A stretch of 57,006 bases of DNA from Sporichthyaceae bacterium. Lineage in GTDB: Bacteria > Actinomycetota > Actinomycetes > Prado026. Positions 1 through 9,398 of the stretch are shown one piece after another. How positions within the stretch are numbered: position 1 is the first letter of the stretch; each line of letters starts with the position of its first letter. Location of the stretch: the NCBI GenBank assembly GCA_031394045.1, contig JANMWN010000085.1:1-57006 (forward strand), written 5' to 3'. The notes below the pieces were generated by a model. The model worked only from the letters and a program-made list of their open reading frames with translations, had not been told where the DNA came from and ran no database searches. The position numbers and the translations under genes are program-made.

Positions 1-141
1 ACCTACCAGAAGTTCTGGACCCTGGTCGCTGACCGCCGAGAAGCCGGTCGCTCAGTCCTGGTCATCAGCCATTTCATCGTCGACGAGGACCGGTTCGACC
101 GCGTCGTCGACCTCAAGGACGGGCGGGCGGTGACCCGATGA
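1..141 (+). CDS. ABC transporter ATP-binding protein, C-terminal fragment (5' end outside window)
   Basis: Frame 1 is open from the window edge (..GRSVLVISHFIVDEDRFDRVVDLKDGRAVTR*). The stop overlaps the ATG of the next gene (ATGA coupling). Confidence 0.55.
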   Translation, partial: TYQKFWTLVADRREAGRSVLVISHFIVDEDRFDRVVDLKDGRAVTR

Positions 142-1622
142 CCACCGTGGTCTTCGTCCGCCGGTTCCTCGCCGACTACGCCCGTAACCCGGTCAACGTG
201 CTGTTGCTCCTCGTGGTGCCGCTCGTTTTCGTCGTCGTCGTGTCTGGCAGCTTGTCCGACGCGGCCAAGCTGCTCGGGGGGACCGGCTCGTTGGTGGAGA
301 CCGCCAGCGCTGGCTGGGCGGCGGCGTTCCTGGCCGGCATCGCGATGTACTACCAGACCGCCAGCACCCGGGACACTGACCGCCGGATCGTCATAGCGGG
401 GCTACCGGCCGAGCGGCTCGTGGTCGCTCGGCTGCTCACGGGCGTGTGCCTCGCTGCCCTTGCCAGCGCGGCGGCGCTGCTCGCCCTTGCCGCGCGCACA
501 GGCATCGAGGACCCGGTCCGAGCGATCGCCGGCACGTTCATGTTCGCGGTGATCTACGTCGCGGTCGGTGCCGTCGTCGGCACGCTCGCACGAAACCCGC
601 TCAATGGCACCGTCATCGTGCTGTTCGTGTGGATCCTTGACGTGTTCTTCGGCCCCGCCATGGGTGCGGCGGATCGGATCGCCACCCGCGGCCTACCCAC
701 CCACTTCGTCACCCTGTGGATGGTTGACCTACCGTCCCGTCACAGCGGCAGGCCGGGGGACCTTGGTTGGGCACTGGCCTGGACCGTGGTCGCCCTGCTC
801 GGTGCATGGGCGATCGTGGTGGCTCGCACTCGCACAGCCCACGTCCACCGCTCCACGCCAGCGCGCAACGGGCAGCTAGGGGCAGCGTTTCAGGCGGCCT
901 GGCGCGATGCTCGCCGCAACCCTGCCCAATGGGCGCTGTTCGTGGTCGTCCCCGTCGTGTTCATCCTCACGGCATCTGCCGTTACCCCAGACAAACCCAT
1001 CAGCCTCACTCTCGACGAGGGCGGTCGCAGCGCGGTCAGAACCTTCGCGATGCCTGACGTGCATGGCGCGACCATGGCCCCCATCGCCATTGCCTCTCTG
1101 GCCGCGCTGGTGGGGTTGTTCGTCCTGCTGGACAGCCGTGACGGTGATCGCCGAGCCGCCATCGCGGGACTCAAGCCACGCCTCCTGCTCGGGGCCCGCA
1201 TGGGCGTTCTCGCGCTGACCGCGCTGGTCGCGACGGCGGTGTCCTTGGCAACCACTGCGCTGGTCTTCCACGCCACCAGCTGGCCCATCTACGCCGCCGC
1301 CAACCTGCTACTCGCGTTCACCTACGGTCTTATCGGCGCACTGCTCGCACCGATCTTCGGTCGGGTAGGGGGTGTCTTCATCGCCTTCCTCCTGCCGTTC
1401 CTGGACATCGGCGTAGTCCAGAGCCCGATGCTGCATTCCACGCCGACGGCGCTGTCCCAGCTCCTGCCCGGCTACGGCGGCTCCCGAGTCCTTCTCGACG
1501 GGGCATTGACCAACGGCTTCGACGAGACCAGGCCGCTGCTCATCGGCCTGGCGTGGCTAGTCGCGCTGGGCCTCGCCGTGGTCATCACTTACCGCCAGAG
1601 TGTGCGTCCGTCCATCTCTTGA
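138..1622 (+). CDS. ABC-2 type exporter permease (multi-TM membrane protein)
   Basis: 494-aa very hydrophobic ORF with two multi-helix halves, ATGA-coupled to the upstream ATPase fragment. Family is assigned by composition and context only. Confidence 0.6.
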   Translation: MTTVVFVRRFLADYARNPVNVLLLLVVPLVFVVVVSGSLSDAAKLLGGTGSLVETASAGWAAAFLAGIAMYYQTASTRDTDRRIVIAGLPAERLVVARLLTGVCLAALASAAALLALAARTGIEDPVRAIAGTFMFAVIYVAVGAVVGTLARNPLNGTVIVLFVWILDVFFGPAMGAADRIATRGLPTHFVTLWMVDLPSRHSGRPGDLGWALAWTVVALLGAWAIVVARTRTAHVHRSTPARNGQLGAAFQAAWRDARRNPAQWALFVVVPVVFILTASAVTPDKPISLTLDEGGRSAVRTFAMPDVHGATMAPIAIASLAALVGLFVLLDSRDGDRRAAIAGLKPRLLLGARMGVLALTALVATAVSLATTALVFHATSWPIYAAANLLLAFTYGLIGALLAPIFGRVGGVFIAFLLPFLDIGVVQSPMLHSTPTALSQLLPGYGGSRVLLDGALTNGFDETRPLLIGLAWLVALGLAVVITYRQSVRPSIS

Positions 1623-1664
1623 TCAGAGGCGAACCAGGCTTCACAGCGCCGAGGAGGTGCCCTC

Positions 1665-1892
1665 ATGATCAAGTACCTGCTAGGCAGCATCGTGGTGCTA
1701 TTCCTCGTCCTGCTTGTCTACGGCGGGCTCACCGGGCGCGACCGTCGAGCACGTAGGGGTCCGGCCGACCGAGGCTGGCGGCTGTGGTGCCGTCTCGCTC
1801 AGCCTTGCGCCGGGCTATCAGGGTCAGCGGACGCCCACTCAGGCCATCACGGCCTTTCTCGCGTCCGGAACGACGTCCTTCGCCCCGCCTAG
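1665..1892 (+). CDS. small membrane protein, paralogous at its N-terminus to 7935..8102 (C-terminus unresolved)
   Basis: AGGAGG RBS upstream of the ATG. The first 25 aa (MIKYLLGSIVVLFLVLLVYGGLTGR) form a TM helix. After about 1740 the third-position GC is better in the overlapping 1714..2133 frame. Confidence 0.3.
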   Translation: MIKYLLGSIVVLFLVLLVYGGLTGRDRRARRGPADRGWRLWCRLAQPCAGLSGSADAHSGHHGLSRVRNDVLRPA

Positions 1893-2075
1893 TACCGGCT
1901 GGGCCACGGTCGAGGGTCAGGCGTACACCAGCGACCAGGCGCATCTGGAGATGTGGCACATCGCCAATGCCGGATTCGCAGTGACCGGGCGAGCAACTGC
2001 TAGGTGCTGCTCGGCTGAGTGCCGCGGGACCTATGACCCTGTTCAGGGTGCCCGGGCGAGTGTGGACTTCGGAGC

Positions 2076-2678
2076 ATGCGTCATACCGCCAAGAGACTGT
2101 CGGCCCTCGCGGTTCTCGGCCTCGCCCTTGTGACACTGGCCGCGTGCAGCACCACCAGCCAGCATGCCGGTTCGCCGATGATGGGGGATGGTTCGGGCAC
2201 CAACAGTGGCAGTACGGGCTACCACTACGCGAGCCAGACCTGCGCGGCTCCGACCAGCCTGCCCAGCCCGACGGTCCGCGTCGTCCTCGGGGACATGGGC
2301 ATGACGCGGATGATGGGCGGCACCGCGCCGCTCGGGGCGCATATGATGCTGCACGCGGGCCCAGCCAAGGTTGCCGCTGGCAGCGTGACCTTCCTTGCCA
2401 GCAACATGGGATGGCGCACCCACGAGCTGGTGGTCATGTCCCTGCCAGCTGGCGCGAACGCCGGCTCCCGAACCCCGGGTCCCGACGGCAAGGTCGACGA
2501 GACGGGGAGCCTTGGGGAAGCGTCGAGCAACTGCGCCACCGGGGCCGGGGAAGGCATCCCGTCAGGCAGCGCGAGCTGGATCACCCTGACGCTCGCGCCC
2601 GGTCGTTACGAGCTGATCTGCAACCTGGTGAACCACTACGCCGACGGGATGCACCAGGAGTTCGTGGTCACGCCATGA
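2076..2678 (+). CDS. cupredoxin-like copper-binding lipoprotein
   Basis: Signal peptide with lipobox (LALVTLAAC), a Met/His-rich region, and a C-terminal type-1 copper ligand pattern ELICNLVNHYADGMH (C-x4-H-x4-M). Confidence 0.7.
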   Translation: MRHTAKRLSALAVLGLALVTLAACSTTSQHAGSPMMGDGSGTNSGSTGYHYASQTCAAPTSLPSPTVRVVLGDMGMTRMMGGTAPLGAHMMLHAGPAKVAAGSVTFLASNMGWRTHELVVMSLPAGANAGSRTPGPDGKVDETGSLGEASSNCATGAGEGIPSGSASWITLTLAPGRYELICNLVNHYADGMHQEFVVTP

Positions 2679-3070
2679 CGCGAATCGAGCCCAGCGTGTT
2701 GGTTGACCATCAGGCCGGGGCGTTCGGGTCGGTGCGAAGAACGATTTCCGCGGTGGTGGGTGCCCTGCTTGGGCTGGCTCCGCATGTCCTCCATCACGTC
2801 GGGCTCCTGGCCGGGGCAGGCCTGGTGACCGGCGCCGGCGGGAACCTGTTGTTCGGAGTCGTCGGCCTGGTCATGTCGCTGCCGCTGCTCAGAAGCGTCT
2901 ACCGACGCTTTGGCACCTGGAAGGCTCCGGCGATCGCTCTGGCTGTCTTTGCGGTCATGTTCGCCCTGTCCGCCTTCGTCGTGGGGCCGGCGTTGGCAGG
3001 GAGCTCGCCTGCGGAGTCGCCAAGCGCACCGCAGCAGCCGTCATCGGGACACACCAGCCACCACGGCTAG
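2675..3070 (+). CDS. His-rich integral membrane protein
   Basis: ATGA-coupled to the cupredoxin gene. Several TM helices, an HVLHHVG motif and a GHTSHHG tail. Confidence 0.5.
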   Translation: MTRIEPSVLVDHQAGAFGSVRRTISAVVGALLGLAPHVLHHVGLLAGAGLVTGAGGNLLFGVVGLVMSLPLLRSVYRRFGTWKAPAIALAVFAVMFALSAFVVGPALAGSSPAESPSAPQQPSSGHTSHHG

Positions 3071-3348
3071 TCAGCCGCGGTTGGTTCCCGTCGGCGTTAC
3101 GGCGGGGATCCGGCGCCTCGCCCGGTCTAGAGCGATCAGCACCCGCGAAGACAGGGTCAGCGCCGCAATGAGGACGACACCGCTGACCGCTACCCGCAGC
3201 CCCGTGACCGGTCCGGCCGGGGCACCCAACGCCGAGCTCAATGATCCGATAGCCAATACGGCGACGACAATGAGGAGCCAGAAGGAGAGGCGCGCCCGTC
3301 CGACGGCTGTCCGAGCGGCCGGCTTCTTCCAGGACCAGAAAGGCCTCA
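3071..3348 (-). CDS. small two-helix membrane protein downstream of cytochrome b
   Basis: GTG start directly abutting the cytochrome b stop. 92 aa with two hydrophobic segments. Weak call. Confidence 0.3.
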
Positions 3349-4449
3349 CTACATCCCCAGGTGCTGCTTGGCGGGGGTAACGGCCATCAGTACGGTCAAC
3401 GCGATCATGATCAGCAGCACCGCCAGCCCGAGGGCCATGGCGACGGGGCGCTTGCGCCAGTAGCGGTTGGGGTTGCGGTCGATGAAGGGCAGGATCACCA
3501 GCACGCCGAAGAACGCCAGCTCCCCGAGCAGGATGCCGTTCAGCCCGATCCAGTTCTCCAGGGTGAACATCCACCAGAAGTTCCAGGGCGGGCGGGTGAC
3601 CTCGAGGCCGGTCACCGGCGGTGCGCCGACCTCCGGTGGCCACAGCACAGCCAGGACGCCGAGCAGCCCGAGGAGCGCGACTCCGAAGACAGCGATGCGC
3701 CGCAGGTGGTGGGTGAACGGCTCGGTGGGCTCGGCGACGGGGGCTTGGGTGCCGGTCTCGTCGGTCGGGAGCGCGGGATGCGGTGAGATCTTGTGGCGCT
3801 TGACCAGCAGGCCGTGGAGGACGACCAGCACGATGATCAGGCCGGGAACCATGACCACGTGGGCGCCGTACAGCCTGACGAGGATGGGCACGCGGTCGGC
3901 GAAGTCCGGCGAGAACCAAAGTCCTGCGCCTCCGAGCAGCCGTCCGATCTCGATGTTGTGACCGAGCGCCTCGAAGCCCTCCTGGTCCCACTTCAGGACG
4001 GTACCCGTGAAGACGCCGAGGGTGACCAGCCCGAACATCGCCACGCCGATGAGCCAGTTGCCCTCGCGCGGCTTCTTGTACGAGCCGGTGATGAACACCC
4101 GGATCATGTGCAGCAGCGCGGTCACGTACATCGCTTGGGCGGCCCAGAAGTGCAGTGAGCGGATGAACCAGCCTCCCCACACTCCACTCACGATGTGGCG
4201 AACCGACTCGTTGGCCGTCTCGGGGACCGGGCTGTAGAACTGGACCAAGACGACACCGGTGACAATGAGAATCCCCAGAGAGGCAGCGGTCACACCGCCC
4301 AGGCTCCACGCGAGGTTGTTGGCGTGCTCGGGGACCGGATACTCCAGGGCGGTGATGCCGAGGCGCTCGTCGATGACGTCGAGAGCCCGTCGGGCGCGAC
4401 CGGGGCGCCGTGTCTCCGGCACGCTGCTGGGGGGAATTGTGACTGTCAT
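3349..4449 (-). CDS. cytochrome b (N-terminal cytochrome b/b6 domain protein)
   Basis: Two bis-His haem ligand pairs in TM helices: HFWAAQAMYVTALLH (13-residue spacing) and HVVMVPGLIIVLVVLH (14-residue spacing). The overall pattern matches a cytochrome b N-domain. Confidence 0.8.
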   Translation of the reverse strand: MTVTIPPSSVPETRRPGRARRALDVIDERLGITALEYPVPEHANNLAWSLGGVTAASLGILIVTGVVLVQFYSPVPETANESVRHIVSGVWGGWFIRSLHFWAAQAMYVTALLHMIRVFITGSYKKPREGNWLIGVAMFGLVTLGVFTGTVLKWDQEGFEALGHNIEIGRLLGGAGLWFSPDFADRVPILVRLYGAHVVMVPGLIIVLVVLHGLLVKRHKISPHPALPTDETGTQAPVAEPTEPFTHHLRRIAVFGVALLGLLGVLAVLWPPEVGAPPVTGLEVTRPPWNFWWMFTLENWIGLNGILLGELAFFGVLVILPFIDRNPNRYWRKRPVAMALGLAVLLIMIALTVLMAVTPAKQHLGM

Positions 4450-5048
4450 GACGCGTCCTCGGAGGTAGGGCCAGCATCGTCGGTCGAAATCGTCTTAGCC
4501 GAGGTCACGAGCGTTCGGCGCAGATCACCGACCGTATCCGTCGGGCGGAACCGCCAAGCGACCCATACACCCACAGCCACGAGCAGCACCGACACCACCA
4601 GCGTGAGCCAGCCGGCGAGCGCAAACCGGCCACGCCCGTTCTGAGCGGAGAGCACCACCTTCGTGCCCGTCTCCTCGCCCGTTGCCGCCATCAGCTTGCT
4701 GACCGCCTCGCTGATCGAGTGCTGCAGCAGAGCCCGGCCCTGCACGACATCGCCAGCCTCCAGCGCGGCCTTGGCCTGGGTGACCTCGACGATGTTCACG
4801 CCGTCCTGGTCCTTGGTCTTCAGTGCGTCATCGACCTTCTCCATGGCGAGGTCGATGCCGGTGCTGGTCGTGTCGTGCGCCAGGTGACCGAGAGCCTGCT
4901 GGACCAGCAGATACCCCTCCTCCGTCTCCCCAGTCCCGTGCGCCCAAGCCGGCGTAGCGAACAGCACACCACCGAGCACGAACATGAGCGCAAGCACAGC
5001 CGTGGTCACCCGACCTCTGGCGCCATGGCGCTCGAACGAAAGGCCCAT
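4446..5048 (-). CDS. secreted, C-terminally membrane-anchored helical protein
   Basis: ATGA overlap with the cytochrome b start. The internal Met at 5048 gives a signal peptide (..LFATPAWAHG). A TM anchor lies near the C-terminus. The track ORF extends to 5123. Confidence 0.5.
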   Translation of the reverse strand: MGLSFERHGARGRVTTAVLALMFVLGGVLFATPAWAHGTGETEEGYLLVQQALGHLAHDTTSTGIDLAMEKVDDALKTKDQDGVNIVEVTQAKAALEAGDVVQGRALLQHSISEAVSKLMAATGEETGTKVVLSAQNGRGRFALAGWLTLVVSVLLVAVGVWVAWRFRPTDTVGDLRRTLVTSAKTISTDDAGPTSEDAS

Positions 5049-5322
5049 CAGGAGCCACCTCCTGGTCGGTGCCGGCTGACCGGGGCAAACCCCGGGACAC
5101 GCGAGGACGAGTCCACCGCACATGCAACCGAGCCGTCAACGCTGAGGGTAAGGGTCGAAAGTCCCGAGCTCACGCAAATTCTCCACGACATCGGGACGAA
5201 AGCCCCTGCCCGGCGCCGGTATGGGAACGGTGGGCCGCCATCCCGGTGGTCGCACCCGTGGCTGAAGCAACCGCGCGGGTGAGCCCGGTCGTCCCGTACT
5301 TGCAGAGGTGGAAGGCCGCCGG

Positions 5323-6767
5323 TCACTTCTCACCGGCGACCGGCACACGTGAACCTTGATCGCCCGGTATGGCCTCGGCCGCATGTGCGGCACCCGAGGG
5401 GTCGCCGGCGGCCTGATCAGGAAGGCGGCGTCGCAGCAGCAGCGCGTTGACAGCTACGAGCACCGTCGACCCGGACATCGACAGGGCGGCAATCTCCGGC
5501 CGCAGGGTCAACCCCCACGGTACGAAGGCGCCGGCGGCGATGGGCAGGGCGATCGCGTTGTACCCGATCGCCCAAGCCAAGTTCTGGTGCATCTTCCTGA
5601 CGGCGCCACGGCTGATCCGGATCGCGACCCGACCGCCAACCGGTGCCCGTCGACGCTTGCGGTCACCCCATGCCCGGGCACGTTCTCGAAGTCGGTGGCA
5701 GTGCTGTTGGCGGCTCGTCGGGCGCCTGAATAGCTGGCGACCGCTTGGGCGATGGGGTGCTCGGACTCAGCCTCGACAGCGCCGATCCACCGCAACAGAT
5801 CCGCCACAGCGACATTGCCGAGCGGGTGCACCTCAACCACCTCTGGATGGCCCTTGGTCAGCGTCCCGGTCTTGTCCACAACGACAGTGCTCACGCTTGC
5901 CAGCGCCTCGAGCGCGGTGGCGTTCTTGAACAGCACGCCCCGCTTCGCGCCAAGTCCGGTGCCGATCATGATGGCCATCGGGGTGGCGAGGCCGAGCGCG
6001 TCGGGGCAGGTGACGACGACGACCGTGATCGCGAAGAGCATCGCTTCGCTGACCGTGCGGCCGCCTAGGGTCACCCAAAACGAGAACGTCGCCAACCCTC
6101 CGACGAGCGCGACCATCACCAGCCAAAACGCGGCCCGGTCCGCGAGTCGCTGTCCAGGCGCCTTCGAGTTCTGGGCTTGATGCACCAGGTCGACGATCTG
6201 CGCGAGCGCAGTGTCGCGCCCGACCTTGGTCGCGCGAACACGCAGGGTGCCGTTCAGGTTGATCGTCGCCCCACGACCGCCGACCCGGGCGACGTGGATA
6301 CCGGCAGACTTTCACCGGTCACCATGGACTCATCGACCTCGGACTCGCCTAGCTCGACGGTTCCGTCAACCCCGATCTTCGAGCCCGGCCGGACCAGGAT
6401 GACGTCGCCAACCTGGACTTCCGCGGTGGGAAGCTCGACCTCGGCCCCATCACGCACCACCACGGCCATCGGCGGCGCCAAGTCGAGCAGACTTCGGATC
6501 GCTGTGCTGGTCCGCGACCGCGCGCGCATCTCCAACCAGTGCCCCAGGAGCACAAACGCGGACAGGACCGCAGCGGCCTAGAGGAAGACGTCCCCGCCTC
6601 CGGTCAGCGTGACCCCGACCGAGTAGAGCCAACCCGGTCCCCACCGCGACGGCGACCAGAACCATCATGTCCAGCGTGCGGGCCTTGAGTGCCTGCACGG
6701 CCCCGGTGAAGAACATCGAGTAGGAATAGAAGACCACGGGGAGCGAGAGTAGGAGCGAGAACCACAC
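5323..6767 (-). pseudogene. heavy-metal P1B-type ATPase, decayed
   Basis: Pieces lie in three minus frames: [11 protein letters not shown] and MVTGESLPV (6767-6254); VTCPDALGLATP and DKTGTLT (6185-5630); [12 protein letters not shown] (5592-5323). There are frameshifts near 6630 and 6270 and an in-frame TAG at about 6578-6580. About 170 aa of the nucleotide/phosphorylation domain is missing near 5625. The N-terminus abuts the csoR stop. Confidence 0.75.
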
Positions 6768-6809
6768 GCGGTGCTGATCATGGAACTGGTCTCCTTCCGA
6801 ACGTTCGAG

Positions 6810-7133
6810 TCAGGACCGCACGAGGCGCGCGATGGCAGCCGATGCTTCCGCGATCTTCGCGTCCGCCGTCGCACCGCCGACGCCGATCGCCTCCGCGACG
6901 CAGTGCGACAAGTGATCTTCGAGGAGCAGTAGCGCGACCGACTCCAACGCCTTGGTCGCTGCTGAGATCTGGGTGAGGACATCGATGCAGTAGGCGTCAG
7001 TCTCGACCATGCGTTGGAGTCCCCGAACCTGGCCTTCGATCCGCCGCAGGCGCTTCAGGTGCGCACTCTTCTTGTCGCTGTAGCCAGGGGCTGCAGTGTC
7101 CACTGTTCTCTCCCGTTCCTCGGGTACCCCCAT
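6810..7133 (-). CDS. csoR: CsoR-family metal-sensing transcriptional repressor
   Basis: 107 aa with the DUF156/CsoR core LKRLRRIEGQVRGLQRMV and the C-H-C ligand set (YCIDVL .. HLSHC). Confidence 0.85.
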   Translation of the reverse strand: MGVPEERERTVDTAAPGYSDKKSAHLKRLRRIEGQVRGLQRMVETDAYCIDVLTQISAATKALESVALLLLEDHLSHCVAEAIGVGGATADAKIAEASAAIARLVRS

Positions 7134-7139
7134 GGGGTA
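7125..7139. promoter_or_regulatory. candidate CsoR operator (TACCCC-N3-GGGGTA)
   Basis: Inverted repeat TACCCCCATGGGGTA resembling GC-rich CsoR boxes. It overlaps the csoR ATG. Confidence 0.4.
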
Positions 7140-7343
7140 TCAGTCGTACTATAGCCCTGTCGGAGCACGTGTACGACCACGCTCACGCGCGCCCATCGAT
7201 TTCTTCACGGACCACATTGCCAGCACGGGCGTCGCGAGCGTAGGGACGTTGGTCCCTACCCCACCTGGGTATGCCGGCGCATCCTGGACGCAGGAGTCTG
7301 GGATCTCCCCACACTCAAAGCTACGGAGAGGTGGCTGAGTTCC

Positions 7344-7625
7344 ATGATGTGGTGGGACCACAACGACTGGGGCTTCGGCAACTGGCTCGCCATGGGTCTG
7401 ACGATGCTCATCTTCTGGAGCCTGGTCATCGGCCTGATCGTCTGGGCCGTACGGTCCGTCTCCGGCAACCCCAGCGCGTCCGCCGGTGACCGGCTGCGGG
7501 AGGCGAGCCCGGAAGACCTGCTTGCCGCACGCTTTGCCCGAGGCGATATCAGCGAGGACGAGTTCACGCGCCGCCGCGCGCTCCTGCACGGCACGCCATC
7601 CGCACCAGCTGGGCGAGGCGAATGA
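7344..7625 (+). CDS. SHOCT domain membrane protein
   Basis: N-terminal TM helix plus a C-terminal SHOCT-like motif (LLAARFARGDISEDEFTRRRALL). Confidence 0.7.
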   Translation: MMWWDHNDWGFGNWLAMGLTMLIFWSLVIGLIVWAVRSVSGNPSASAGDRLREASPEDLLAARFARGDISEDEFTRRRALLHGTPSAPAGRGE

Positions 7626-7870
7626 CCGTGCCTTCCTTGCTGCCCCTGTTGCTCATCCTGGCCTGCCCGCTGATGATGATCTTCATGATGCGAGGGATGA
7701 GCGGGGGCCACGACCGCCGACCGGCGTCGACCCCCGGTGATCGGTCCACGGTGGATCCAGCGAAGGCGAGCGTCGCCAAGACCGACCCGCGGGATGCACG
7801 GCTGGCCGAGCTCGAACGAGAGGTCGCCCGCCTGCGTGCCGCCGAAACCCACCGAACCGAGTCACGGTAG
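7622..7870 (+). CDS. small membrane protein (DUF2933-like)
   Basis: ATGA-coupled to the SHOCT gene. The hydrophobic N-terminus LACPLMMIFMMRGM is of the kind seen in metal-island small proteins. Recall-based call. Confidence 0.55.
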   Translation: MTVPSLLPLLLILACPLMMIFMMRGMSGGHDRRPASTPGDRSTVDPAKASVAKTDPRDARLAELEREVARLRAAETHRTESR

Positions 7871-7934
7871 GCCCAACCTGCTCGAAGCAGTTCGCCTACG
7901 CTGAACAGCGTCGGACCGAGACGAGGGAGGGCGC

Positions 7935-8102
7935 ATGATCAAGTTTGTGATCGGTGCCGGGCTCGTCGTCTTCCTCGTCCTCCTGGTCTTCGGTGGGCTG
8001 ACAGGGCGAGTACGTCCGCAGAACGGCTGCTGCTGCCCACCAGACCCAGAGCGTGATCTCCGGATGCGCGATCAGACCGAGGGCAGCGAGGAGTTCGCGT
8101 GA
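7935..8102 (+). CDS. 55-aa membrane peptide with Cys-rich tail
   Basis: RBS GAGGGAGG. Sequence MIKFVIGAGLVVFLVLLVFGGLTGRVRPQNGCCCPPDPERDLRMRD... It is shorter than the ORF-track cutoff. Confidence 0.45.
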   Translation: MIKFVIGAGLVVFLVLLVFGGLTGRVRPQNGCCCPPDPERDLRMRDQTEGSEEFA

Positions 8103-8303
8103 GCCGACCGCGGCGGTGTAGTTGGCGGCTGGGCTCGCCAGGACAGGATCACAGGGAAGGGCTCACAACGTGGATCCAGCGAATCCCGTCGGGATCCGTG
8201 GTGTCCTCAGCCGGCATCGACGCGATCGGGGTAGGCCATCCGTGCGGCAGTCGCTGTCGATCAACCGATCGAGGTCCCTCCCGGGACAGACGGCTGAGGT
8301 TTG

Positions 8304-8509
8304 CTACTCGATCACGCGGTGCCGCAACCGGTGCCGGACGAACCGCGCGACCAGGAGGGGAACGAAATCCCTCACCCGGGCCAGCTCGAAGGTCCTTGCG
8401 CTCGATCCCGATGGCCTCGTGGACGGCGATAGCTGGGACGTTGGGGAACTCGCGGCGCAGCTCAGACTCCGCAACCCGCGAGGTGTCGGGCTTCCTCTGT
8501 CGGGGTCAT
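8304..8509 (-). pseudogene. three-helix-bundle dimerisation-domain-like small protein, frameshifted
   Basis: Pieces lie in three frames: MTPTEEARHLAG / ELRREFPNVPAIAVHEAIGIERK / TFELARVRDFVPLLVARFVRHRL. The RDFVPLLV C-terminus is the family hallmark as I recall it. Confidence 0.4.
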
Positions 8510-8837
8510 GCCCTCCACTGTCGCCAAGCCGACGGTCAAACGGCAAGCGAACAGCCGATGAACACACCTCGTGCGCGTTCGGTGACACTTAGAAGTAACG
8601 AGCGCCGGGCAGTGTGGCTGCCGCACCTCGCCGTTCGCCCCGAGCGGCGAGGTGCTTGGTGCCACACACCAGACGAAGTGACGTAGGACCAGTCGACGCC
8701 CCAGGTCATATTCGATCTCCAACCCTCTGGTGCGCAGGCTTGACTGTCTCGGCGGGTGAACTGGCCGTCTGCGTTACCCGACTGCTCGGGACTTTCGACC
8801 CTTCACGAAGGCCGCCGGTGAGGCTGACCCTGCGAAC

Positions 8838-9248
8838 GTGCTTCCTGACACCCCGCGTCTACGCTCGCTGAGCCGACCTGAGTGCATTGCACTCCTGGTC
8901 GGGGCGTCAGTCGGACGCCTCGGGCTGAGCATCGACGCGTTGCCCGTCATCCTGCCCGTGAACTACTTGCTCATTGACGGTGGCATCGTGTTCCGCACTG
9001 TCCACGGGACCAAGCTGGACGCTGCCACCCGTCACGCGGTAGTGGCCTTCGAGGTCGACGAGTATGAGCGCGATGGCAGCGCGGGGTGGAGCGTCCTGGT
9101 CCGTGGAGTCGCCTCGGAGACAACCAGCCAAGAGATTCTGGCTGCGGCCCGATCGCGCGGTCTCTCGTCCTGGGCGCTGGATGGTTCTGCCGACCACCAC
9201 GTGCTGATCGACACCGACGTGGTGACCGGCAGGCGCTTCGGGTTCTAG
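8838..9248 (+). CDS. pyridoxamine 5'-phosphate oxidase family (split-barrel) protein
   Basis: 136 aa with GRLGLS..LPVILPVNYLLIDGGIVFRT and WSVLVRG patterns typical of the Pyridox_ox_2-like fold. Confidence 0.7.
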   Translation: MLPDTPRLRSLSRPECIALLVGASVGRLGLSIDALPVILPVNYLLIDGGIVFRTVHGTKLDAATRHAVVAFEVDEYERDGSAGWSVLVRGVASETTSQEILAAARSRGLSSWALDGSADHHVLIDTDVVTGRRFGF

Positions 9249-9398
9249 ACCCGGTCGAGGGAAGTCGTCTGATCGCGGCGGCTAGAGGACAGGCGAACCC
9301 AGAGGTCAGGGCATCGCAAATCGCCCGAGATGCCGCTTCGGTCAGCCATATCGTCACGTCCAGAAGTCACCTGGATCGTGGCTCACATTCCAGGTCTG

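Noticed and set aside
3071-4477. Very long overlapping or antisense ORFs, e.g. 3071..4477(-), 28394..29680(-), 30025..31614(-), 35041..36204(-), 36214..37437(-), 37617..39455(-), 46397..47806(-), 47529..48626(-)
   Set aside because: These are high-GC shadow frames. Their translations are Arg/Pro/Gly/Ala-rich and low in complexity, their third-position GC is poor, and each overlaps a gene with clear family motifs in another frame.
5049-5322. Structured leader or cobalamin-like riboswitch upstream of the 4446..5048 / cytochrome b operon
   Set aside because: No conserved riboswitch core elements were recognisable. The region could equally be the remnant 3' flank of the ATPase pseudogene.
8099-8686. 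Plus-strand ORFs 8099..8686 and 8122..8592 as genes
   Set aside because: Their translations are Arg/Ser/Pro-rich with poor bias. The minus strand carries recognisable, though broken, gene remnants instead.
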